From IMG/VR virus record IMGVR_UViG_3300016654_000301, positions 1-38,726 of that record: a stretch of 38,726 bases of DNA, one strand, 5' to 3'. Below, one piece after another: positions 1-8,513 of the stretch. A program made the position numbers and the translations under genes. The DNA comes from a virus. Lineage: Duplodnaviria > Caudoviricetes. Position 1 is the stretch's first letter. Each line of letters begins with the position of its first letter. Below the pieces are notes generated by a model that saw only the letters and a list, made by a program, of their open reading frames with translations, did no database searches and was not told the DNA's origin.

Positions 1-1068
1 TTACTTGGTAGGGTTCACTTTTTCTCCAACTCGGCGGTACACTTTCTTTGTCATTTCTTCCGTTGAATGACCAAGCAAGCGGCTCGCATCGGTGATATCC
101 TCAATCTCACTAGCTGCTTTGGGACGGATATCCCTGAACTGGAATTTCCTGATCGTAACTGCCAGCGCTGTATCACCTTCGACTGCGGCTTTGGTTGCGG
201 CCCTGTCCCGCGCTTCGTCCCAACGGTTACGCAGCATGTTGTAACTCATTCGGAGTCCAGCCTGGTTAGTTATAAGGATTGAGGTTTTGACGCCCGCCTG
301 CGTTCTGCGATCAAGCAGGCCATTGATGAAGATGCACAGGGCTGTCTCGGTCTCCCCGGCGTACAGTTGAATGCGCAGCCGTTTTCCCGTTTTACCTTGG
401 CCAACCATCAGGAAGCCGTTGTTGAGATCAGTGGTCGAGGCCTTGAGTACATCGGCCGCTCGCTGACCTGTCAGATAGGCTAGGTCCATGGCATCTCTGA
501 GATCTTGCCCCGCTTGTTCGTATACCGCTTTCCAAACGATATCCCCGGCATAGAAGTCCCTCGGTGTTTCCTTGTTCCGGCGCAAGCCGAAGCAGGGGTT
601 GGCTTTGTCGGTCAGCCCCCACTCGCGGGCGAAGGTGAACATAGTGGATAGCAGTGCTATCTCCCGATTGGCGCGAACCTTTGCCGTACGTGCATCTCGA
701 TACTGGGCTATCACCTGAGGGCTCATCGCTTCTATTGGCGCTGACTCGAAAGCTTTTCGAAGCTGCTTCAGGCTCAAGAGGTAGTCCCGTTGTGTGCGCG
801 CTTTCAGTGTCGGTATTATTTTCGATGCGTAGTCGTCAAAGAGTCGATCCATCAGGTGCGCGGGCTTGGGCGTCGCCTTGCGGTCGAGGCGCGCCCATTC
901 GATCTTGGCTTCGTCGAGGTCTCCGCCGAGCGGTATCTCTACGCGGTTGCCGTCGGCGTCCCTGCCGTTGTAGTAGTAGCCCGTCCAGATACTGCCGCCT
1001 TTTCTTTTGCGGGTGCGCCGGATCATTCGTGGTGGCAGGTCTCGGTTGGCTGGCTTCTTCTGTCGCAT
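1..1068 (-). CDS. int: Phage integrase, tyrosine recombinase
   Basis: 355 aa; LTGQR (catalytic R), FRDIR (H-x-x-R variant), LLGH, and TKKVY (catalytic Y). Confidence 0.95.
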   Translation of the reverse strand: MRQKKPANRDLPPRMIRRTRKRKGGSIWTGYYYNGRDADGNRVEIPLGGDLDEAKIEWARLDRKATPKPAHLMDRLFDDYASKIIPTLKARTQRDYLLSLKQLRKAFESAPIEAMSPQVIAQYRDARTAKVRANREIALLSTMFTFAREWGLTDKANPCFGLRRNKETPRDFYAGDIVWKAVYEQAGQDLRDAMDLAYLTGQRAADVLKASTTDLNNGFLMVGQGKTGKRLRIQLYAGETETALCIFINGLLDRRTQAGVKTSILITNQAGLRMSYNMLRNRWDEARDRAATKAAVEGDTALAVTIRKFQFRDIRPKAASEIEDITDASRLLGHSTEEMTKKVYRRVGEKVNPTK

Positions 1069-1070
1069 CG

Positions 1071-1355
1071 TCAGCCCACACGTGCCAGGTCAAGAGTCCA
1101 GGTTTCGGTCACGGCGTTGTTAGCCGTGGGTTTCACGCCCGCCAGCTTCAGACGGGCATAGACCCGCCCGACAATAGGTCGCTGGGCGCCGGTCAACACG
1201 AACTCCCAGTGATTGCTGGTTAGCCACTGGCGTTGGCAGGATGGGATCTTGTAGCCGGTGATGGTGGCTAGCTCTTCGTCGGTGAGAGTTTCACTCAGGA
1301 ATTCCATGGACTGACTCCCGATGGTGGATATAGCTGTGATGCACTGGTTGTTCAT
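1071..1355 (-). CDS. Excisionase-like protein (DUF4224 type)
   Basis: LTDEELATITGYK...QRQWL...GAQRPIVGR pattern; directly upstream of int; ATG overlaps the MTase stop (ATGA). Confidence 0.8.
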   Translation of the reverse strand: MNNQCITAISTIGSQSMEFLSETLTDEELATITGYKIPSCQRQWLTSNHWEFVLTGAQRPIVGRVYARLKLAGVKPTANNAVTETWTLDLARVG

Positions 1356-3430
1356 GCGGCCTCCCGGATTTGCTCTGCCTGACGCCAGGGATCGTTTGCC
1401 CGGGCGATCGCAGCCATCGGCGGCGGGCTGACGCTGTTGCCGCACATGTGCACCTGCTGAGTCTTGGTGAACGGCTTGCCGTCGGCACCGTGGCTGATGA
1501 TGTAGTCGGTGGGGAAACCTTGAGCCTTGTACAGTTCGGCCGGTTGCAGCATCCGCAGGCAGATGTCGACGATCACGTACGGCGTGCCCTTTATGGTGAC
1601 GGTGACCAGGCCCAGCCGATCCTTGGTGGTGATGGTTGGCGCTGGTGCGTCGGCGGCGCTCATGTTCTCGGTACCGTAGTAGCTGATCAGGAACGCGGCG
1701 ACTCGTAGCGCGCCTGCTTCAACCTCTGGCGACAGTTGTAGCTCGACCAGCGAGCTCTTGCCGCCACCGTCGGCGGTGATTGTTGGTGCCGGTTCGTCAA
1801 CACCCTGACCGACACTGGCCCCGAACTGGCGCTCCATGAAGGCGGTGACCAGCCCGTGGTGAGTGCCGCCGGCGCTGATGGTGTGCAGTGGGTCGCCGAC
1901 GTCCCGCGCATCGCAGTTGCCGCGCAGGTGCACCAGGTTCGCGGTCACCAGCTGCTGCTGGCTGCCGGTGTTGGTCACCGTGGTCATCGGGTCCTCGATG
2001 CTCTTGGCAGCCGTGGTGTTGAATCCGCCATTCATCTGGGCCATGAACACCGTCGAGATGCCCATGGCGTGGGCGGCGCCGGCCGGGCGCTGGTAGTTGC
2101 CGCCGCTGGTGATGGTCGGCAGCGGTTCGTCGAGGGCCTTACCCTCATCCGAGAACCGGAACTTGACCAGGTGTGCCGCTGCGAGTGCGCGGTGGTTCTG
2201 GGTCATCAGCGTGCCGACTGGCTGATCGGCTGACACTGGTTTGCCGCTGTACGCCGGGACACCGGCGCCGACCATCACTGGACTGATCAGCGTCAGCTCG
2301 CCGCGATTCGCGCAGGTCACCGTCGGCAGCGGGGCGTGAGGATCGTTGATCCGGTCGCTGCCCTGGTGCGTGACGGGCGCAATGATCGGGCTGGCCATGG
2401 CGAACGACCCTCCGCGTGGCCAAGATGTCACAGTGCGCAGCGGCTCGTTCGCGGATTGAACGCTTTCGCCGGACCAGTTCGCGATCGGCACAATGAACGG
2501 GTCGGCGGCATCGATGACGAACTTCTTCATACCCTTGGCGATCCGGCGCAGCGTGGCGTCTGCGAGCGGAGTTGGTCGCCCGAAAATACTTTTGGTCGGT
2601 ACCGTCCAGTCGATGCACTCGGCGGCGGTGCGCCACTTCTTCTGACCCCTTACCGGATTTTTCGCGTGGGTTGGTTCTGGCCGCACAATCGGCTGGCCAT
2701 CGCAGCGGGCAATCATAAAAAGACGTTCCCGGCTGGTTGGTGCGCCGTAATCGCAAGCCTTCAATACCCACCACTCCACGGTGTAGCCGAGGCGCCGTAA
2801 CTCGGCGACGAACACGGCCCAGGTCTGCCCGCGGCGAGCTGGGTCTGGTACCAGGAACTGATTGTTAACCGGCACAATTTCGCCCTGGTCCGCAACGCGG
2901 TTGATTTTGCTTTTCGGTTTGGTTGGGTGCGGTATCAAATCGAGAGTCACCACTCGGCCGGTGACCTTGCAGCGTTTGGCGATCAGCGGCCCCCACTGGA
3001 GGATCTGTTTCACGTTTTCCAGGCTGATGACTCGAGGCTTCTTCTTGCCGGCCCACTTCAGGCCGATCCACGACAGGTTCCGGATCTCGCGCTTGCGCGG
3101 CTGGCCGCCGGCGGCCTGGCTGTGGTGCGTGCAGTCCGGCGACATGTGGAACCAGCCCACGGCCTTGCCGCCGCACTCGGTGTCCGGATCACCGTCGAAC
3201 ACGTCGGTCGTGTAGTGAACGGCGCCCGGGTGATTAACGGTGTGCATGCTGATCGCCTGCGGGCTATGGTTCTTCGCAACGTTCACCGCGCGACCCAGGC
3301 CCATTTCCAGCCCGGTACCGGCGCCGCCGCCACCGCAGAAGAAGTCGACAACGATCTCATCGTCCTGAGTGTTGAAGCCCAAGGCGTACTGGGTTTTGAA
3401 ATCGAAGGGTGGTTTCTTGAATGCTGTCAC
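1352..3430 (-). CDS. Orphan DNA (cytosine-5) methyltransferase
   Basis: Motifs DFFCGGGGA (I), SPDC (IV), ENV (VI), RERLF (VIII), GNSV (X); GTG start at 3430 coupled to the upstream stop. Confidence 0.92.
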   Translation of the reverse strand: MTAFKKPPFDFKTQYALGFNTQDDEIVVDFFCGGGGAGTGLEMGLGRAVNVAKNHSPQAISMHTVNHPGAVHYTTDVFDGDPDTECGGKAVGWFHMSPDCTHHSQAAGGQPRKREIRNLSWIGLKWAGKKKPRVISLENVKQILQWGPLIAKRCKVTGRVVTLDLIPHPTKPKSKINRVADQGEIVPVNNQFLVPDPARRGQTWAVFVAELRRLGYTVEWWVLKACDYGAPTSRERLFMIARCDGQPIVRPEPTHAKNPVRGQKKWRTAAECIDWTVPTKSIFGRPTPLADATLRRIAKGMKKFVIDAADPFIVPIANWSGESVQSANEPLRTVTSWPRGGSFAMASPIIAPVTHQGSDRINDPHAPLPTVTCANRGELTLISPVMVGAGVPAYSGKPVSADQPVGTLMTQNHRALAAAHLVKFRFSDEGKALDEPLPTITSGGNYQRPAGAAHAMGISTVFMAQMNGGFNTTAAKSIEDPMTTVTNTGSQQQLVTANLVHLRGNCDARDVGDPLHTISAGGTHHGLVTAFMERQFGASVGQGVDEPAPTITADGGGKSSLVELQLSPEVEAGALRVAAFLISYYGTENMSAADAPAPTITTKDRLGLVTVTIKGTPYVIVDICLRMLQPAELYKAQGFPTDYIISHGADGKPFTKTQQVHMCGNSVSPPPMAAIARANDPWRQAEQIREAA

Positions 3431-3969
3431 GCGTACGTCCTCCGGTGGCTGCTTTGCATCAGCTCCATCAGTCGGTTGAAGTACTGCATGCCTGCCTCTT
3501 GTGCCGAAAGTGGGGTGATGTACTCCCGCATCGGTGGGATACCGCGCAGGCATTCCCATTCGGCAGGGTGGTCGGGCATCAGGTCGCGACGTTCGGTGGC
3601 CAGCGCCACCAGATCGGCGCGCACCACGCACTCGGGCAGGATGGGGTCGAGGTTGAATCGTGCACAGATCGCCTGCCAGATCAGTGTTTCCATCACGCGA
3701 TAGCCTGGCATGATGGCTTTAAGTGGGCTGGTCATATCTCCGAGGTACGCTTCCGGCGCATCGTGGAGCATCGCCGCCAGTTGGTCCTCCTCGGGGACAA
3801 GGCTTGCAACCAGCATGCTGTGCTGGGCAACGCTGTAGTGCGTGCGGGTGTGGCCGTTGAAACGGCACAGGTTGGCCAGTGCGTGCGCGATATCGTTGGG
3901 CGCAATCATGGCGGCGGTCGGGTTTGTCAGGTTGAACTGGCGACCGCTGTGCGTGAGTATCCAGCTCAT
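3427..3969 (-). CDS. HD-domain phosphohydrolase (YfdR/5'-deoxynucleotidase-like)
   Basis: DIAHALANLCRFNGH, YSVAQHS, LHDAPEAYLGD motifs. Confidence 0.9.
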   Translation of the reverse strand: MSWILTHSGRQFNLTNPTAAMIAPNDIAHALANLCRFNGHTRTHYSVAQHSMLVASLVPEEDQLAAMLHDAPEAYLGDMTSPLKAIMPGYRVMETLIWQAICARFNLDPILPECVVRADLVALATERRDLMPDHPAEWECLRGIPPMREYITPLSAQEAGMQYFNRLMELMQSSHRRTYA

Positions 3970-4616
3970 GCTGCGTCCCCCTTTGGCCACAGACCCAGCT
4001 CAACGGCTTGGCGGTTGTGATGGAGTTCGAATGCTTCACGCAGCGCGTCGCGCAGGTGCGGATAGCCCTCGGTGTCGGCTTCGTGGGGGAAGCTGATCGA
4101 ACTGAATTCCGGCGCCGCGCTGAAGGTGCCGTGCTTGTCGAGCCATTCGATGAGCTGGGTGTCCAGTGGCTGGGCGTTGAGGTTGCCGGCCATCTCGACG
4201 GTGTGGAAGACGCGGTACGCCATGGCGCGGGCAACCTTGATCAGCTGTTCGGCTTTTGCCTGGCTCGCCTCGGTGCCTTTCAAGGCTTTCCACGTTTGCA
4301 GTGCGAGCGCCAGAAACTGGGTGATCTCGGTCAAGTCGCGATAGTCGACCGGGGTGAAAGGTGTGGCTTTGATCCCGTGCATCTGCGTGCGCAGGTCGGC
4401 CAGTTGTTGGGCTTCGCGGTTGCGAAGTTGCGTGATCGTGACGAGGTCAGTATTCAGCACGGCTACGCGCTGACTGTGCAGGGCGTTGCGTTCGGTGAGG
4501 CCTTTGTTGTAACTGCGGGCCATTGCTTTCAGAACGATTTTCCGGATGTAGAACCCCAAAAGCAGCAGGGCGGTTAGGGTTCCGCTGGCGATGATGATCA
4601 GGTCTTGTGCTTGCAT
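3966..4616 (-). CDS. Hypothetical phage protein with N-terminal TM helix and coiled coil
   Basis: 216 aa; GGAG SD; hydrophobic N-terminus; translationally coupled to the next gene. Confidence 0.75.
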   Translation of the reverse strand: MQAQDLIIIASGTLTALLLLGFYIRKIVLKAMARSYNKGLTERNALHSQRVAVLNTDLVTITQLRNREAQQLADLRTQMHGIKATPFTPVDYRDLTEITQFLALALQTWKALKGTEASQAKAEQLIKVARAMAYRVFHTVEMAGNLNAQPLDTQLIEWLDKHGTFSAAPEFSSISFPHEADTEGYPHLRDALREAFELHHNRQAVELGLWPKGDAA

Positions 4617-4693
4617 GTGCTGTGCTCCGGTAGAGCCCGCCGCCGGGATTCTTGGTGAGAGGCCGGCGGCGGGGTGTTGCGATGGTGTTGGGG

Positions 4694-5503
4694 TTATGCG
4701 CTGAAGGTGCCCAGGATCAGCGTGGCGGTGCCGCCGACTTCCTTGGTGAGTGCGGTCTTAAACTCTTGAGCGATCTCTTCGACCTGTTGCTCTTCGCCGG
4801 CCCAACGCAGCTTGAGGGTTGGCTTGTCGTCGCCGGTCAGGATGCTGAGCTTCAAAGTGAAGATGCGGGTGCCGAGGCCGTCATACGGGATCAGTGAGAA
4901 TTGCAGAGCTTCAACGCGGGTTTCAGCGGACGCCGCTTCGATGCTCTCCATTGCGCTGCGTGCAGCGCTGAAGTTGTGCTCACTGCTGGTGGCGGTACTG
5001 CGCGCTTCGATGGTGATGTTGCGCACGCTGGCAACGGCGGCGCTGATCGGCATGGTCGCACCACCTTCTTTGATGGCTACTAGGCTCGCGTGCCAGTCCT
5101 CGATCCATTCGGCGAGTTCACGCTGGTTGAGCTTCCTTCCGGCAATTTCTTGAAGCGCTTTGTACGCGGCAGTTGGCTTCAGCTTCAGCGTTGCAAAGTC
5201 ATCCGCATGTCCGGGTGCCTCATCGGTGCCGAGGTTGAAGAACACCTGGCAGCTCATGTTGTCTTGATCAATGAAGCCCCTTGCTGCCGGACCGCTGCGT
5301 GAAATCGTGTATTCGGCGAAGTCGCGCAGACTGTTGGTATGCAGTTGGCCGCGAAAACGCAGACGCCCCGCCTGATACTGTTCCAGGTTGTGGATCTTCA
5401 CGCCCACGGGCAGAGCCGCCAGCGGCATCAGGGCAGAGGGTAGGGCGGCAGCGGCGCCGGCTTGGTCGAGAATCAGCTCCAGTGTGTCTTTAGCGAGTGG
5501 CAT
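4694..5503 (-). CDS. DUF2303 (YfdQ-like) phage protein
   Basis: LEQYQAGRLRFRG, FNLGT..PGHAD, QRELAEWIEDW patterns. Confidence 0.85.
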   Translation of the reverse strand: MPLAKDTLELILDQAGAAAALPSALMPLAALPVGVKIHNLEQYQAGRLRFRGQLHTNSLRDFAEYTISRSGPAARGFIDQDNMSCQVFFNLGTDEAPGHADDFATLKLKPTAAYKALQEIAGRKLNQRELAEWIEDWHASLVAIKEGGATMPISAAVASVRNITIEARSTATSSEHNFSAARSAMESIEAASAETRVEALQFSLIPYDGLGTRIFTLKLSILTGDDKPTLKLRWAGEEQQVEEIAQEFKTALTKEVGGTATLILGTFSA

Positions 5504-5554
5504 TGGTATTTCCCTTTTGGTGAGAGGACTTGGTATTGCGATCAGATGCGCGCG

Positions 5555-5896
5555 TTATCGGGCGTGCACCGGGGTATCGGCCTTGTCGAAGAGCTGCGAC
5601 GTCGGGTTGTTTTGGAACAGGGTCAGGCCATCCGGTGTGACGTAGAGCGGCGTGTCGAGGGTGGAGTCCTCGCGCAACTTTCCGCGTTTGGTTGGTTGCT
5701 GGAAGTCGAGGGTGTGGCTGACGGCGACCTGGTTGCTCTGGCCGATCTGTTTCATCTTCAGCGTGATGGTTACCTGGCCGGCCTTGCCATGGTCGATGAC
5801 GCCGGCGGCGACGTTCGACAGTGCCTGGCCGACTTGCTGCGCGAAGACGCCGGCGTTGAGTGAGTTGAAGAAGTCGTTCGTGTCTGTGGCTTTCAT
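5555..5896 (-). CDS. Conserved phage protein (YfdP-like), usual neighbour of DUF2303
   Basis: MKATDTNDFF...LNAGVF...PTKRGK...TPLYV; GAGG SD. Confidence 0.75.
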   Translation of the reverse strand: MKATDTNDFFNSLNAGVFAQQVGQALSNVAAGVIDHGKAGQVTITLKMKQIGQSNQVAVSHTLDFQQPTKRGKLREDSTLDTPLYVTPDGLTLFQNNPTSQLFDKADTPVHAR

Positions 5897-5954
5897 GTGC
5901 TGTGCCTCATTGAGTTTGTGTTGTTGCGCCTGATCGGCAGGCGCCACCGTGGAG

Positions 5955-6197
5955 TCAGGCCGCTTGCTTCGGCGCTTGGGCGTCGAGGTATTCAGCCAGG
6001 TGATGCAGGTACACCACCGGTTTCGCGCGGGCCGAGTTGTGCAGGCGGGTCACGGTCAGGTTTATGCGGCCGGCCTTGATCTCGCTCAGCAGGTAGCGGT
6101 CGGTGCGGATGTGGGTGAAGTAGTGTTCGCGTACTGCCGTCAGGGACGGGCAGGGCGTGGCGAACTGGCGGCGCAGTTGATCGATTGTGTCGCTCAC
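5955..6197 (-). CDS. Pyocin activator PrtN-family protein
   Basis: 80 aa; CPSLTAVREHYF...VVYLHHLAEYLD pattern. Confidence 0.75.
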   Translation of the reverse strand: MSDTIDQLRRQFATPCPSLTAVREHYFTHIRTDRYLLSEIKAGRINLTVTRLHNSARAKPVVYLHHLAEYLDAQAPKQAA

Positions 6198-6577
6198 GCT
6201 GCGTTCTCCCCGTGCCCCTCTGTTGGGGGCAGCAACTTCAGGCGGATCATTTCGGCCAGTCCTTCCTTGCTTTTGCCCATGGCGGCGGCGCAGACGTGGC
6301 CGTGGGCGTCCGCGACAACTGCGCCGAATGGGTATTCAGGTGAGTTGGTCGGGGTGACGTAGGCGGTTTGGCCTTCGTGGATCACGTTGTTGACGCAGCG
6401 GTACACGTCGGCCAGTTCGAGCACGCGCATCGGCAGGGCGCTGAGCTGGTCTATCGCTTCGCTGGCGGCGCCAATCAGCGTTGCGCGGCTGACGATGCCG
6501 GGGCTGTCCAGGTAGATCGGAATCAGTCGGAGCGTGCCGAGCGCCATGCAGTGAGCATTGAGGTATTCGTTTTTCAT
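6194..6577 (-). CDS. Hypothetical phage protein
   Basis: 127 aa; ATGA overlaps at both ends. Confidence 0.75.
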   Translation of the reverse strand: MKNEYLNAHCMALGTLRLIPIYLDSPGIVSRATLIGAASEAIDQLSALPMRVLELADVYRCVNNVIHEGQTAYVTPTNSPEYPFGAVVADAHGHVCAAAMGKSKEGLAEMIRLKLLPPTEGHGENAA

Positions 6578-6852
6578 GCGGCGGCGTCCTTGTTCGTGAT
6601 GGTGATGCCCAGCTTTTTCGCCAGCCAGTCGATCCCTTCTTCCTTCACCATCACTACGGCGTAGTGGCGGAGCTTGTTGATGCCGGGGATCACGGTGCTG
6701 CGTGGGTCTGAGAACAGATAGCCCCGGTCCCGGTGCTGGCTGGCAAGGTCGCCGCTGCTGTTGAGGATGCCCAGCTCGCGCAGCCTGGCGCGAAAGGCGC
6801 GGGGCTTGAGTCCGAGCAGTGCGGCGGTTTCGTCCAGGGTGCGGTTCGTCAT
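6574..6852 (-). CDS. Phage antirepressor KilAC-like domain protein
   Basis: LDETAALLGLKPRAFRARLRELGIL...GYL...VKEEGIDWL pattern. Confidence 0.7.
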   Translation of the reverse strand: MTNRTLDETAALLGLKPRAFRARLRELGILNSSGDLASQHRDRGYLFSDPRSTVIPGINKLRHYAVVMVKEEGIDWLAKKLGITITNKDAAA

Positions 6853-6862
6853 GGCTTCGCCC

Positions 6863-7129
6863 TCAGACCGACGCTGGGGCGTTGGCGACTTCATGAATGA
6901 AGTCGCGCAAGTGCAGATGATTTGCCCGGTCACCTCGGCGTAGCCTGATCGTGTCTTTGCGGCCAGCCACATCGACTTGGACGATTGTCTGGCTAGGCGT
7001 CAACTCAACCGTGAATTCGGCGCGCATCGTTTGCTGAGGACGTATCAGGTCACAAGTAGCATCGCCGCCGACCTGCAGCATGTGGTGCAGCAGCTCTTGC
7101 TTCGCAAGGGGGAGGGAATATGCGCTCAT
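6863..7129 (-). CDS. Hypothetical phage protein
   Basis: 88 aa; coupled in the leftward operon. Confidence 0.7.
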   Translation of the reverse strand: MSAYSLPLAKQELLHHMLQVGGDATCDLIRPQQTMRAEFTVELTPSQTIVQVDVAGRKDTIRLRRGDRANHLHLRDFIHEVANAPASV

Positions 7130-7323
7130 GCCGCGTCACCCCCGAACGGACCCAGATCCGGCGCGGCAGTCACTGCTTTCGCAGATGCCAGGCGGGCGCC
7201 GGGGGTGATGATTACCAGCAAGCCAGTGTGCTTTTGAATTGCTTCGACGGCCGCCGGGCTGGTACAGGCTGCTGGGTGTAGGTACACCGGGCAGCGGGTG
7301 GTGCTGTGCTGTGTCGTTTGCAT
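7126..7323 (-). CDS. Hypothetical phage protein, first gene of the pL operon
   Basis: 65 aa from ATG 7323; ends GGDAA, overlapping the next start. Confidence 0.65.
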   Translation of the reverse strand: MQTTQHSTTRCPVYLHPAACTSPAAVEAIQKHTGLLVIITPGARLASAKAVTAAPDLGPFGGDAA

Positions 7324-7357
7324 GGCTCGTACTCTTGGTGAGAGGTGTACGAGCAAA

Positions 7358-7411
7358 AGACTATACATACGGTTTTGGATGGTCAATACGCAAACGCATA
7401 AATATGCGTTT
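7358..7411 (-). promoter_or_regulatory. pL promoter with operator
   Basis: Minus strand TTGACC-N17-TAGTCT; ATACG-N4-CGCAT at 7386-7399; palindrome at 7392-7411. Confidence 0.6.
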
Positions 7412-7467
7412 TGAAATGCTAACCGACCAACGGCAAGACGTGGAAGTGTGTGGTTACGCTGCGGAAA

Positions 7468-7980
7468 CTAGGATTTATCTGATTCGGGTCGCTCGACGAA
7501 CAGCAGCTTCATTTCGGAGAGGCGGTAGGATCGCAACGCTTCTAGGAGGTCTTGGTCCTCTTCGTATATCTCTGCGATGTACTCGTTTATGAAGCCTTGA
7601 ATTGCGAGTGCAAGCGATTTTTCTTGTTCTAGAGATGTGAATGTCTTCGACCCCTGAGCGTCGACGACCTTGATTTCCAACTTCGTGCGACCCCTTGCAG
7701 ATTTGGGGCCTAAGCGCTTTTGGGGCCGGGCGCTAATCGGTTCGGGTTCGGTGGTGGGTAGCGTTTTTAGGGGAAAGAGGTCCTGCTTTCCAGTCCAAAG
7801 CCAGTTTGCAGATACTCCCAAAGCCTTCGCTATTTTGAGAATGTTTTGCTGCCTGGGACTTTGTGACTCTCCCGTCATTATTCTGTGAATAGTCGGTTGT
7901 GGTACGCCAGAAATTCGACCCAGTTCTGTTTGCGATAGACCTAGCTCACCCATACGGTCGGCTATTCGTTTGCGAATCAT
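7468..7980 (-). CDS. CI-like repressor, XRE HTH, no recognisable S24 peptidase domain
   Basis: LGLSQTELGRISGVPQPTIHRIMTG...IAKALGVSANWL; divergent from cro. Confidence 0.88.
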   Translation of the reverse strand: MIRKRIADRMGELGLSQTELGRISGVPQPTIHRIMTGESQSPRQQNILKIAKALGVSANWLWTGKQDLFPLKTLPTTEPEPISARPQKRLGPKSARGRTKLEIKVVDAQGSKTFTSLEQEKSLALAIQGFINEYIAEIYEEDQDLLEALRSYRLSEMKLLFVERPESDKS

Positions 7981-8018
7981 TCGGGGGATCCTAGCTTGAA
8001 ATATACGCCCTCATTCTA

Positions 8019-8047
8019 TTGCATGGGTATATACGTGTGCGTATGAT
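8019..8047 (+). promoter_or_regulatory. pR promoter with internal operator
   Basis: TTGCAT-N17-TATGAT; palindromic ATACG-TGTG-CGTAT at 8031-8044. Confidence 0.7.
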
Positions 8048-8077
8048 CTGAAACGTATAAACGAATCGGAATTGACT

Positions 8078-8272
8078 ATGAACATCCCGGAAATGCTGAA
8101 GGAGCTCATGAGTCTGGGGTTCACCCAGCGCGGCATCGCCATACAGATTGGCACAACGCAGCCAACCATATTCAGGGCCATCAATGGTGCTGATGTGCGG
8201 TACGAGCTGGGCAAGGCAATAGAAAGCTTGTACGAGAAAGAGGTCGGTGCGGGTAGATTGAAACGCGCCTGA
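8078..8272 (+). CDS. cro: Cro-like HTH regulator
   Basis: 64 aa; GFTQRGIAIQIGTTQPTIFR; recognition helix (QPTI) similar to that of CI. Confidence 0.85.
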   Translation: MNIPEMLKELMSLGFTQRGIAIQIGTTQPTIFRAINGADVRYELGKAIESLYEKEVGAGRLKRA

Positions 8273-8513
8273 AAGTGCCAGGCTGGGGCCTCTCACCAAA
8301 GAATCCCCCAGCCCAGCTGCAACGAGTTACATGAGTTACATACAGCTCGCTACATAGATCGTCGGCTCGGGGCCTCTCACCACAAGATCTCCCCGGACTG
8401 ACTGGAACGATGAACCGTGCGGCACAGCACGATTAGCACAGCACATCGGTCGTGGTCGTAGGATAGGGCGTGTCCCATCTGATGGCTAGGCCGTAAACGG
8501 GGTATTTACGGTT

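Noticed and set aside
1281-1290. Partial CTCTCACC matches inside coding regions (also near 4744 and 17171)
   Set aside because: Shorter matches with no evident flanking stem; treated as chance.
3431-3631. Extended N-terminus of the methyltransferase as in the ORF track
   Set aside because: It overlaps the HD gene; the coupled GTG at 3430 is more plausible.
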